From the NCBI GenBank assembly GCA_963749855.1, contig CAVVOC010000003.1, forward strand, positions 308,900 through 372,899: a DNA stretch of 64,000 bases, written 5' to 3'. Every line of letters starts with the position of its first letter. Position 1 is the stretch's first letter. This document shows positions 36,634 to 45,585 of this stretch, one piece after another. The position numbers were made by a program, and so were the translations under genes. The notes under the pieces are model-generated. The model ran no database searches. It saw nothing but the letters and a program-made list of their open reading frames with translations, and was not told the DNA's origin. This stretch comes from an uncultured Alphaproteobacteria bacterium. GTDB taxonomy: Bacteria; Pseudomonadota; Alphaproteobacteria; Rhodobacterales; Rhodobacteraceae.

Positions 36634-37883
36634 CTACCGCAAGCGCCACCAGCAGGTCCATCGACGGCTGGCCGGTCACGGCCATCCCCCGGCTTTGCTG
36701 ATAGGCGCTGATCGCGGCCTCCGTCTTCGCGCCGATGACGCCGTCCGCCCCGCCGGTGTCGAATCCTGCCGCGGTCAGCCGCCGCTGCAACTCCTGCCGG
36801 TCGGCGATGGTCATGCCGTTCCGGTCCGGCCCGAAGCTCGCCTGGATCGGCGGCCCGCCTGCCAGGCGGTCCGACAGGTGCCCGATCCCGATCACGTAGC
36901 TTTCGGCGTTGTTGTAGCGGGTGATGACCGTGAAGTTGCGGAACACCATGAAGGCCGGTCCCCCTGCCCCCGCCGGGATCAGGATCGAGGCCGCGCCGTG
37001 GTTCGGCACCACCCGCCCGTTCATGTCGCGCACGCCTTGCGCGGCCCAGTCCGACGGGCTGCGCGTCGTGCCGCGCCCGGTCTGGCCCGTGTTGAACCCG
37101 GCGGGCAGTTGCACCTCCACTCCCCAGGGCTGGCCCTGGGTCCAGCCCGAGCGGTTGAGGTAGTTCGCAGTCGAGGCCAGCGCATCGGTCGGGTCGTCGT
37201 CCCAGATGTCGCGCCGCCCGTCGCCCCGGAAATCGACGGCATAGGCGAGGTACGAGGTCGGGATGAACTGCGTGTGCCCCATCGCCCCGGCCCAGCTGCC
37301 CGTCATCCGCCCAGGCGTCGTGTCGCCGTTCTGCAGGATCTTCAGCGCGGCGACCAGCTGGCTCTCGAAGAACTCGCCCCGCCGCCCCTCATAGGCCAGT
37401 GTCGACAAGGACGAGATCGACCGGGATCGTTGCCCCGCCGCTCGCCATAGAAGCTTTCCAGCCCCCAGACCGCGGCCACGACATTCGCCTCGACCCCGAT
37501 AGCGCGCCTCGATCTCGGACAGGACGCCGCCGTAAGTCCGCATCGCCGCGCGGCCCTTGCACACGCGTTCGTCCGAGGCGGCGATGGCGAGGTAGTCCTC
37601 CAGCGAGCGGGTGAATTCGGTCTGGTTGCGGTCCTTCTCGATCACGCCGGGCAGGAAGCCCGCATCGCGGAACGCCATGTCCAGCGTGCCGCCCGAAATC
37701 CCGCGCCCCGCTGCGCGCCCCTTGAAGCCCGCAACCCAGGCGTCCCAGCCGGAATTCGCAACCGGCGTCATGCCCGGTTCCGGTCCCCGGCTGACCGCCG
37801 CGCCCCCGCCGCCACCGCCGACGCAGGCGCTCAACCCCAAGCGCCCCAAGCCCCACCAGCACTGCCCGTCTGTTCGCCTGCAT
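36634..37883 (-). CDS. Lytic murein transglycosylase (MltB/SLT_2) with peptidoglycan-binding domain
   Basis: DRNQTEF, GSWAGAMGHTQFIPTSY, DALASTANYL, RYNNAESY, DGVIGAKT..AI..YQ. Confidence 0.92.
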
Positions 37884-37988
37884 GCTCGCGCCTCGTTTCT
37901 TTGTCCGGTTTGCGCCCAAGGCTACCCGATTGCGCCGCGACGGCAAGCCCGCGCCGCCGCGACCGGGGCTTCGCCGCCTTGGCCCCGC

Positions 37989-39656
37989 TCAGTAGACCCG
38001 CTGCGCGAAGACCTCGCAGCCTGCGCAATCCTGCGTCCGGGTGCGGACCGCGTCGTTCACGTAGACGTTCGAGAAGTGGTACCAGAAGTCGGCGTTGTAG
38101 ACGTTCGGCTCGCGCCAGACCCGGCACTGGAAGCCGATGCTCAGGTCCTCCCAGGGCAGCCCCTGCGCGATCACCCGCATCGCCTCGGCCGCGCGAACCC
38201 GGATCTGGAGGAACCGCATCCCCGCACGTCGGGGCGCGCCGATCACCGGGTCGCCCGCCTCGCGGAAGCGCACGCGTACTGGCTCGGCCAGCGGGGAGAA
38301 GGCATCGTCCGTCAGCACCAGCTCGAAATCGAGGTCGCGGCGGAAGCCTGATCCCGCGAAATAGGCGGCCACCGCCTGCCGGTCGACCGCCCCATACCGC
38401 GCCGCCGTGTCTGCCAGATAGCCCGCCATGTCATCCGCGGGCCAGCGCGGCACCGGATCGGCGGCCCGCTCCACAAGCGTCGCACCCTCGAAGCGGAACA
38501 ACTGCTCGCGCGTCACGTCCAGCAGCCCCGCTCCCGCCTCGGCGCAGTTGGCCTCGAAGGCGGCGATCGCGTTCTTCCCGTTGCGCTCGGCCACATAGGC
38601 GTCGCGCGGCGCGGCTTCCTTGAAGAACCCGGCATAGGGAAGGAACCATGCGGGCCGGGCAAGGCCCAGCATCGTCCGGTTCGTCGCCAGAACGGCATTG
38701 CGGTTGCGCACGACGATCCGACGCTTCTCGTCCTCGTCATAGGTCTCGAAACACAGCGGAAAGCCCGAGGCACCGCCTGCGAAGCTGTTGGCAAAGACGG
38801 TCAACCCCTTGGGAAAACGCCAGAAGTCGATGAAGTTGCAATCCACCCCGAAGAGCGCCGAGAATTCCCCTGTCTCCACCAGAAGCCCCGCATCATCGCG
38901 GAAATCACCGCTCTTCAGGCAGGACAGCGCAACCTCGCCGTCTTCCCACACATAAGCCTCGTCGAATCCCATCAACCGGATGTCGGTGAAGCCCAGGTCG
39001 CGCAGGTAGCGCCGGGTGGAGCCGGTCGCGAAATCGGGTGTCAGGATCGGCATGTCCCGCCGCACGGCGGCAAGACTTTCGGGGTGCAGATGGTCCGGAT
39101 GGTTGTGCGACAGGAACAGCGCGTCGCAGGCGTTCAGCGCCGCGAAACTGTCCTCGGGCGAGGGGAAGGCCAGCCACCAGCCGTTGCCGAAGGCCGGTCC
39201 TTTTACCCAGGGATCAGTGGCGATCCGCAGGCCAGCCGTCTCGACGATCACGCAGGCATGGTTCAGGAAGCGCAACCGGGTCTCGCCCCGGCGGGCAAAC
39301 CCCTGCAACCGCCGCCGCGCCTGCCGCCGTTCCAGCGTCACGACCCCAAGCGGCGCTTCGGCCCGCAAGAGAGGTGCCTTGCGCGCCGCCGCATTGGCAT
39401 AGCACCCCGTCGCCGCATCGAGCCTCCAGCCGTGCAGGGGGCATGTGATCACACCAGCATTCGAAATCAGCCGCCCGCCGTTGTGATCACAAATCCGGTC
39501 ATAGACCGTGACACCGGTGTCATCCCGGTAGAAAATGAAATCCTCGGACTGGGTCACGCCCACGGCCAGCGCCGACAGGTCCGCCTCCACCGCCTCGGTC
39601 GTCACATCGAACGCCGCCGCCCGCCGCTCGAAGCGATGCCCCGCTATCTGCATCAT
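37989..39656 (-). CDS. CMP-N-acetylneuraminate hydroxylase (CMAH)-like protein: Rieske plus MBL fold
   Basis: Rieske C.H (CDH) and CPLH; NHAC, DPWVKGPAFGNGWWL, SHNHPDH, FAGGASGFP, WEDLSIGFQCR..REPNVY..FWYHF. Confidence 0.8.
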   Translation of the reverse strand: MMQIAGHRFERRAAAFDVTTEAVEADLSALAVGVTQSEDFIFYRDDTGVTVYDRICDHNGGRLISNAGVITCPLHGWRLDAATGCYANAAARKAPLLRAEAPLGVVTLERRQARRRLQGFARRGETRLRFLNHACVIVETAGLRIATDPWVKGPAFGNGWWLAFPSPEDSFAALNACDALFLSHNHPDHLHPESLAAVRRDMPILTPDFATGSTRRYLRDLGFTDIRLMGFDEAYVWEDGEVALSCLKSGDFRDDAGLLVETGEFSALFGVDCNFIDFWRFPKGLTVFANSFAGGASGFPLCFETYDEDEKRRIVVRNRNAVLATNRTMLGLARPAWFLPYAGFFKEAAPRDAYVAERNGKNAIAAFEANCAEAGAGLLDVTREQLFRFEGATLVERAADPVPRWPADDMAGYLADTAARYGAVDRQAVAAYFAGSGFRRDLDFELVLTDDAFSPLAEPVRVRFREAGDPVIGAPRRAGMRFLQIRVRAAEAMRVIAQGLPWEDLSIGFQCRVWREPNVYNADFWYHFSNVYVNDAVRTRTQDCAGCEVFAQRVY

Positions 39657-39723
39657 CCCGCCCGTCATCCGAAATCCGGCCCGCAGGCTAGCGCCGCCGC
39701 CCGCCAACGTCCATGCGCGCCGC

Positions 39724-40290
39724 TCAGAACGCGGCCCCCAGCCGCGCCGCCTCGGCCACGACCGCCGCCGTCGCATCCTCGCCATCGAGCGTCCCGTAGA
39801 GCATGGCAAGGCGCGGCTCCTGCACCCCGCAATAGCGCAGGACGCCCGTCTCGATCTGTGTCACCATCGCCGTGTCATAGCCGCGCTTGGCGAAGCCTTT
39901 GGCCGTCCCGCCCGCAACGGCGAGCATCCAGACCTTGCGATGCGGATAGGTGCCGCCGCCATAGGCCCAGCCGTTGTTCCAGACCCGGTCGATCCAGCCC
40001 TTCAGCATCGCGGGCATCGACCACCACCAGACCGGAAAGACGATCACCGTCGCCTCTGCGGCGGCAATCCGCGCCATCTCGGCCTGCACCTCCGGACTGT
40101 AGACTTTGCTTGCATCGTCCCAGTCCGGCTCGTCCGCGTCGCGCAGGACCGGATCGAACCCTTCGGCATGCAGATCGGCCCAGACCACCTCGTGCCCCCT
40201 TTGCTCCACCGCCTCGGCAAAGGCCCGCGCCACCGCATGGGTCAGCGAGGACGGGCGCGGATGCACGACCACCAACAGGATTTTCGCCAT
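39724..40290 (-). CDS. NAD(P)H oxidoreductase (flavodoxin-like fold)
   Basis: HPRPSSLT, DLHAEGFDP, FPVWWWSMPAMLKGWIDRV. Confidence 0.92.
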   Translation of the reverse strand: MAKILLVVVHPRPSSLTHAVARAFAEAVEQRGHEVVWADLHAEGFDPVLRDADEPDWDDASKVYSPEVQAEMARIAAAEATVIVFPVWWWSMPAMLKGWIDRVWNNGWAYGGGTYPHRKVWMLAVAGGTAKGFAKRGYDTAMVTQIETGVLRYCGVQEPRLAMLYGTLDGEDATAAVVAEAARLGAAF

Positions 40291-40377
40291 CGCCCCCTCC
40301 CGTTCCAGGTCCCGCGATCATGCCCGCATCCCGCCGCTCCGCCAAGCGGCACAACGCCCTTGCTCCACACGTTCAGA

Positions 40378-40406
40378 TTGAAATTCGCCGGGAATCGTGC
40401 TATTAA
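40378..40406 (+). promoter_or_regulatory. Putative sigma70 promoter of the MNIO operon
   Basis: TTGAAA, 17-nt spacer, TATTAA with extended -10 TGn, in an AT-rich patch. Confidence 0.65.
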
Positions 40407-40473
40407 GACCGCGTGCGGAATTTGCCGCGCGCACTTTCGAAACGATCCATTTTTCACAACAGGAATTCACCCA

Positions 40474-40731
40474 ATGGAAAAGCCCATGGAATTGTCGGGC
40501 CGTATGGCGACCCTCAAACTCACCCAAGGCGACGCGATGCCCGTGCTCAGCGCGCGCGTGCCCAACGACCTTCGCAAGGAAGAGTTCGGGTATCTCGCGG
40601 CGAGCGCCTATGACGTCATCAGCAAGCTGACCGGCCATCCCTGCATGTCGGGCCGGATCAAGTTCGTGGTCGAGGATATCTTCCTCAACGAGATTACCCG
40701 CGTCGATCTTCAGACCGGCCGGATGGGCTGA
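40474..40731 (+). CDS. Putative RiPP precursor / MNIO substrate (85 aa)
   Basis: RBS AGGA, GC-rich third codon positions, single Cys in KLTGHPCMSGR, directly upstream of DUF692. Confidence 0.75.
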   Translation: MEKPMELSGRMATLKLTQGDAMPVLSARVPNDLRKEEFGYLAASAYDVISKLTGHPCMSGRIKFVVEDIFLNEITRVDLQTGRMG

Positions 40732-40745
40732 CCCCACCCCAGCCC

Positions 40746-40784
40746 GCCCTCCGGTCTGCGCCGCTCCCGCGCGGGCCGGAGGGC
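40746..40784 (+). terminator. Intergenic stem-loop between precursor and DUF692 genes
   Basis: gccctccggtctgcg pairs with cgcgggccggagggc (15-16 bp including two G-U), followed by a short T run. Confidence 0.6.
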
Positions 40785-40805
40785 CCCTTTCCACGGAGTT
40801 TCCCC

Positions 40806-41717
40806 ATGTCCCCCGCACGTCCCCGGGTCGGAGTCCTCTGCAATCCGACCACCCCCCTGCTGCTGGACCATGCGCCTGCGCTGATCGAGCATATCGCCGT
40901 CATGCCTGACCGCATGTGGTACGATTTCGGCACCGAGGCCGGTCCAGACCGCTTCAGCCCGCTGCACGAGACGATCCGCCAGACGAAGGGCTACCGTCCT
41001 GGCCGAAGTTTCGCCGGGCACGGCCTTGGCCTGTCGCTGCCCAGTGCGATGCCGCTGGACCGCCAGATGCTCTCGGCCGTTGCCGACATGGGCCGGGCGC
41101 TTGGCGGGTTCGACTGGTACAGCGAACATCTGAACGTCTTCATCACACCGAAGGGTGGCGTGCCGAATGCGCAGGCCGGCCTTGGCCTGCCCGTCACCTA
41201 CGACGCCGAAACCTTCGCCATCGTCGCGGCCAAGCTTCACTTCGTGACCGAAGCCCTCGACTGCCGGGTGCTGATGGAGAACGGCAGTTTCTTCACGCCC
41301 GTCGAAGATCTCGACATGACCGAGACAGAGTTCCTGAACCGCCTGTTCCGCGACGGCCACTGCGGCACCCTGCTCGACCTGCACAACCTTCTGGTGAACG
41401 AGCGCAACGGGGGGCCGTCGATAGAGGCATATCTGGAGGCGCTCGACCCCGACGCGGTCGAGGAGGTGCACCTGGCGGGCGGCGACGATGACGAGGGCTT
41501 CTACATGGACAGCCATTCGACCTTCACGCCGGAACGGGTCTGGGAAATGGCCGAGGCCTATCTGCCGCGCTGCCGCAACCTGCGCGCCATCACCTTCGAG
41601 TATCAGGAGTCCTATTTCGCCGACCTCGGCCTGCCGGGGCTGGTGGCGGAACTGGAGCGGATGCACCGGCTGGCCGACCGCTGCGCGACCGTGACGGAGG
41701 CCGCCGATGCTGGCTGA
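40806..41717 (+). CDS. DUF692 family multinuclear non-heme iron oxidase (MNIO)
   Basis: HGLGLSL, WYSEHL, LMEN, LLDLHNLLVN, EVHLAGG, MDSH, TFE metal-ligand motifs. Confidence 0.92.
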   Translation: MSPARPRVGVLCNPTTPLLLDHAPALIEHIAVMPDRMWYDFGTEAGPDRFSPLHETIRQTKGYRPGRSFAGHGLGLSLPSAMPLDRQMLSAVADMGRALGGFDWYSEHLNVFITPKGGVPNAQAGLGLPVTYDAETFAIVAAKLHFVTEALDCRVLMENGSFFTPVEDLDMTETEFLNRLFRDGHCGTLLDLHNLLVNERNGGPSIEAYLEALDPDAVEEVHLAGGDDDEGFYMDSHSTFTPERVWEMAEAYLPRCRNLRAITFEYQESYFADLGLPGLVAELERMHRLADRCATVTEAADAG

Positions 41718-42171
41718 CTTCCAGCAGGCGCTGGCCGACATCACCGCCCGGCCGGGCCTTTGCCGCGAGGTGCGTGACGATCCGGGCCGCCTGTCCGCCT
41801 ACGACCTCACGGACCGCGAGCGTGCGCGGCTGCTGGCCATCGCCAACCATTCCGGCATGGCCGCCGCCTGCACCGTCTACCGGATGAACCGCCTCGCCCC
41901 GCTTGCGATGAACTTGCCCGCCACCCTGCGCGCGCTCGGGCCCCGCTGTCGGGACTGGGTCGAGGACTACTGGCAGGCCCATCCGCGCGGGCACGCGCAT
42001 TTCTTCGTCGAGTCCGAGCGGTTCTGCCGCTGGGCCAGCGACAGGCTCGATGGCGCAGACGCCGTCCTGCGCGCAACGCTGGAAGCAGAGGCGGCGAATA
42101 TTCGGCAGGCGATTGCAGAGAGTCGCGGCAGTCCTGCGCGGGACGCTACGCCGCCTTCACCGGCCCCGTGA
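41707..42171 (+). CDS. Putative MNIO partner protein (DUF2063/RRE-like helical domain)
   Basis: Overlaps the DUF692 stop; LADFQQALA, LPATLRALG, YW..HP, ESERF pattern. Confidence 0.65.
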   Translation: MLADFQQALADITARPGLCREVRDDPGRLSAYDLTDRERARLLAIANHSGMAAACTVYRMNRLAPLAMNLPATLRALGPRCRDWVEDYWQAHPRGHAHFFVESERFCRWASDRLDGADAVLRATLEAEAANIRQAIAESRGSPARDATPPSPAP

Positions 42172-43009
42172 ACGGACCAAGGCAGATGGCGCGGTGCTGG
42201 GCCTGGAAGACGTGGTTGTAAAGCTGCGCCACCCACTGCTTGCCTTCCATCGTTTGCTCCAGATGCTTCAGCGCGGGGCCGATCAGCGGCTGGACCTGCG
42301 ACCAGAAGAAGTTCGGAAACTGCTCCATCAGGTCCATGGGCGAGGTATAGCCCAGCTTTTGCGCAAGGCCCGTCTCGCTGAACTCGTGATAGAGCCCCGC
42401 GATCTTGCGGTGGTAGAACGGATCACCCATCTGCCCCACGAGATCGGCCGCACGGACCAGCGCGGGTTCGCCCTCGGTATCGGCATAGTCCGGCCCCGGC
42501 GGGACCGGAAAGCGGGTGTAGTCGATCGCCCGCACGATGCGCTCGGCGTCGATCAGGGTAGACCCCGTGAAGCGCAGCCGCGCATAGATCTTGCCGCGAT
42601 CGACGTGGTACGGCGCAAGGAAGGCATCCGACGCCCCCCGGGGCGGACAGACCGTTTCGCCCTTTTCGTTGATGACCACCGCCGTCTCGGTATCGCCCGG
42701 CAGGATGTCGCGGGAATAGCCGATGTCGTGGATCAAGAGCGCCACGATGTAGTGCAGCCAGTCCTCCGGCTGGACCGACCGGGTGACAAGCTGCCCCCGG
42801 ATGATCTGCTGGCCGACCAGCGTGACCATCATCGTATGCTCGGCGTTGTGGTAGAGCGCGTCGGAATTTCCCAGCCGTTCCAGCATCATCCGCGCACAGC
42901 CGTTGATATAGGCCGCATAGTCGGCCTTCCGCCCGGCGAAGTATTGCAGGTAGGTCTCGGCCAGGTGGTCGCCGAAGGCGGCGGCGACGACGGCGGTGGG
43001 ATTGAACAT
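42146..43009 (-). CDS. HD-domain metal-dependent phosphohydrolase
   Basis: DALYHNAEHT, LIHDIGY, PYHVDRG, RAADLVGQ. Confidence 0.85.
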   Translation of the reverse strand: MFNPTAVVAAAFGDHLAETYLQYFAGRKADYAAYINGCARMMLERLGNSDALYHNAEHTMMVTLVGQQIIRGQLVTRSVQPEDWLHYIVALLIHDIGYSRDILPGDTETAVVINEKGETVCPPRGASDAFLAPYHVDRGKIYARLRFTGSTLIDAERIVRAIDYTRFPVPPGPDYADTEGEPALVRAADLVGQMGDPFYHRKIAGLYHEFSETGLAQKLGYTSPMDLMEQFPNFFWSQVQPLIGPALKHLEQTMEGKQWVAQLYNHVFQAQHRAICLGPFTGPVKAA

Positions 43010-43180
43010 GCCCGTGATCCTTCGTGCCGGACTGGCTGAGCGGATGCTAGCGCACCCGCTGGCCGCTGCAAAGCGCTTCGGCCCCGGCGAGGCATGGGGC
43101 CACCGCCCGAGGCCCGTCCGCCATGGCCGTTGACAGCGTCCCGCGACCGACGGATAGAGGCGCGATCCGACGGAGGCCCC

Positions 43181-44156
43181 ATGCCCGACCTGACCCGCGT
43201 CCTGCCCGAGGCCCGCATCCCCGAGCTTCCGAACCCCTATTTCGGCAAGGTGCGCGACTGCTACGACCTGCCCGCCACCGCCACCGAACCCGCCCGGCGC
43301 ATCCTGATCTCGTCCGACCGGATCAGCGCCTTCGACCGCATCCTCGCCGCGATCCCCTTCAAGGGCCAGGTGCTGACGCAGACCGCCCGCTTCTGGTTCG
43401 ACCGGACGGCGGACATCTGCCCGAACCACGTCCTCTGCTATCCCGACCCGAACGTGGTGATCGGTCGCCGCCTGACCATCCTGCCGGTCGAGGTCGTGGT
43501 GCGCGGCTATCTGGCGGGCACCACCGGCACCTCGCTGCTGACGCTTTACAGGCAGGGCCAGCGGCAGCTTTACGGCCACATCCTGCCCGACGGCCTGCGC
43601 GACAACCAGCCGCTGCCCGCGCCCCTCATCACCCCCACCTCGAAAGCCTTCGACGGCGGCCATGACGAGCCGCTGACCGCCGCACAGATCGTGGGCCAAG
43701 GCCTTCTCACTGCCGCGCAATGGGACGAGGTGTCGTCCATCGCGCTGGCCCTCTTCGCGCGCGGCCAGACGATGGCGGCCGAACGCGGCCTGATCCTGGT
43801 GGACACCAAGTACGAATTCGGCACCGACGAGGCGGGCCGCATCCTGATCGCCGACGAGATCCACACGCCCGATTCCAGCCGCTACTGGATCGCCTCCGGC
43901 TACGACGCGGCCTTCGCCGCCGGCACCCGCCCGCCCAGCTTCGACAAGGACGTCATCCGGTCCTGGGTCGCCGCCCGCTGCGACCCCTACACACGACCCG
44001 ATCCCCGAGATCCCGCCCGAGATGATCGCGGCCACCAGCCAGGTCTACATCGACGCCTACGAGGCCATCACCGGCCAGACCTTTGTCCCGGACCTGTCCG
44101 GGGCCACGCCGCTGGATCGCATCCGCGCCAACCTCGCCCCCTGGTTCACCGCCTGA
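43181..44156 (+). CDS. purC: SAICAR synthase (long form), frameshift near 43995
   Basis: [44 protein letters not shown]. Confidence 0.93.
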
Positions 44157-44210
44157 TTGCACCGCGACCGCCGCCGGCCCTAGGCTTTGCCAAACGAAAC
44201 GGAGACCCCG

Positions 44211-45137
44211 ATGATCCTGAGCTGCGGCGAGGCCCTGATCGACATGCTGCCCCGCGAGACGACGCTGGGGGAGCCCGCCTTCTCGCCCTATGCGGGCGGC
44301 GCGGTCTTCAACACCGCCATCGCGCTCGGCCGCCTCGGCGCGCCTTCGGGCTTCTTCACGGGCCTGTCGACCGACCTGTTCGGCGAGATCCTCGACCAGA
44401 CCCTTGCCGCCTCCCGCGTCGATACCGCGCTCTGCGCCCGCTCGGCCCGGCCCACCACGCTGGCCTTCGTCAAGCTGGTGAACGGTCAGGCCACCTATGC
44501 CTTCTACGACGAGAACACCGCCGGGCGCCTGCTGTCCGAGGCAGACCTTCCCGCGCTGCCCGACAGCATCGGCACGCTCTTCTTCGGCGGCATCAGCCTG
44601 GTGAACGACCCCGCCGCGTCAAGCTACGAGGCGCTGCAGACCCGCGCGGCGCGCGACGGACGTGTCACGATGATCGACCCGAACATCCGCCCCGGCTTCA
44701 TCACCGACGCAGCCGACCTATCGCGCCCGGATCGAGCGGATGATGGCGCGAGCCGACATCGTGAAGCTGTCGGACGAGGATCTGCACTGGCTTCTGGGCG
44801 CGGGCGACCTGACCAGCGCTGGCCCGTGACCTGATCGCCATGCGGTCCGAAGGTCGTCTTCATCACCGAAGGGGCGAAGGGCGCGCGCGCCGTGACGGCG
44901 ACGCAGGACCGGTTCGTCGCGGCCACCAAGGTCACGGTCGCCGATACCGTGGGCGCGGGCGACACGTTCAACGCGGGCGTTCTGGCGAGCCTGCATGCCG
45001 AGGGCGCGCTGACCAAGGACGGTCTCGCCGGGCTGTCGGACCACGCGCTCGACGCGGCGCTGAGCCTTGGCACGCGCGCCGCCGCCATCACCGTCTCGCG
45101 CCCCGGCGCGAACCCGCCCTGGTCGCACGAGCTGTGA
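44211..45137 (+). CDS. PfkB family carbohydrate kinase (fructokinase-like), frameshifted
   Basis: [31 protein letters not shown]. Confidence 0.92.
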
Positions 45138-45581
45138 GGGCGGTCGTCCAGCGCGTCTCGCCGCGCCTCGGTCGCGATCGACGGGGCGACGGTGGGCGAG
45201 ATCGGCGCGGGCCTGCTGATCCTCGTCTGCGCGATGCAGGGCGATACCGAGGCCGAGGCGCGACAAGCTGGCCGCGAAGATCGCCAAGCTGCGCATCTTC
45301 CGCGATGCCGAGGGCAAGCATGAACCTGTCGGTGCGCGACGTGGCTGGCGCGGCGCTGGTCGTCAGCCAGTTCACGCTTGCCGCCGACCTGCGCGGCAAC
45401 CGCCCGGGCTTCTCCACCGCCGCCGCGCCGGACGAGGGCAAGCGGCTTTACGAGCACTTCACCGCGCCTGATCGGGGCCGAGGGCATCCCGACCGCGACC
45501 GGCCAGTTCGGGGCGGACATGGCGGTGAGCCTGGTGAACGACGGGCCGGTGACGATCTGGCTGGATACGGCGGCGCTCTAG
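45134..45581 (+). CDS. dtd: D-aminoacyl-tRNA deacylase (frameshifted)
   Basis: [35 protein letters not shown]. Confidence 0.92.
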
Positions 45582-45585
45582 GCGC

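Noticed and set aside
39535-40473. Long N-terminal extension on the MNIO precursor ORF
   Set aside because: It is antisense to the oxidoreductase; the RBS and promoter support a start at 40474.
42146-44035. 629-aa ORF extending the HD protein
   Set aside because: The N-terminal extension is the antisense shadow of purC; the real start is at 43009.
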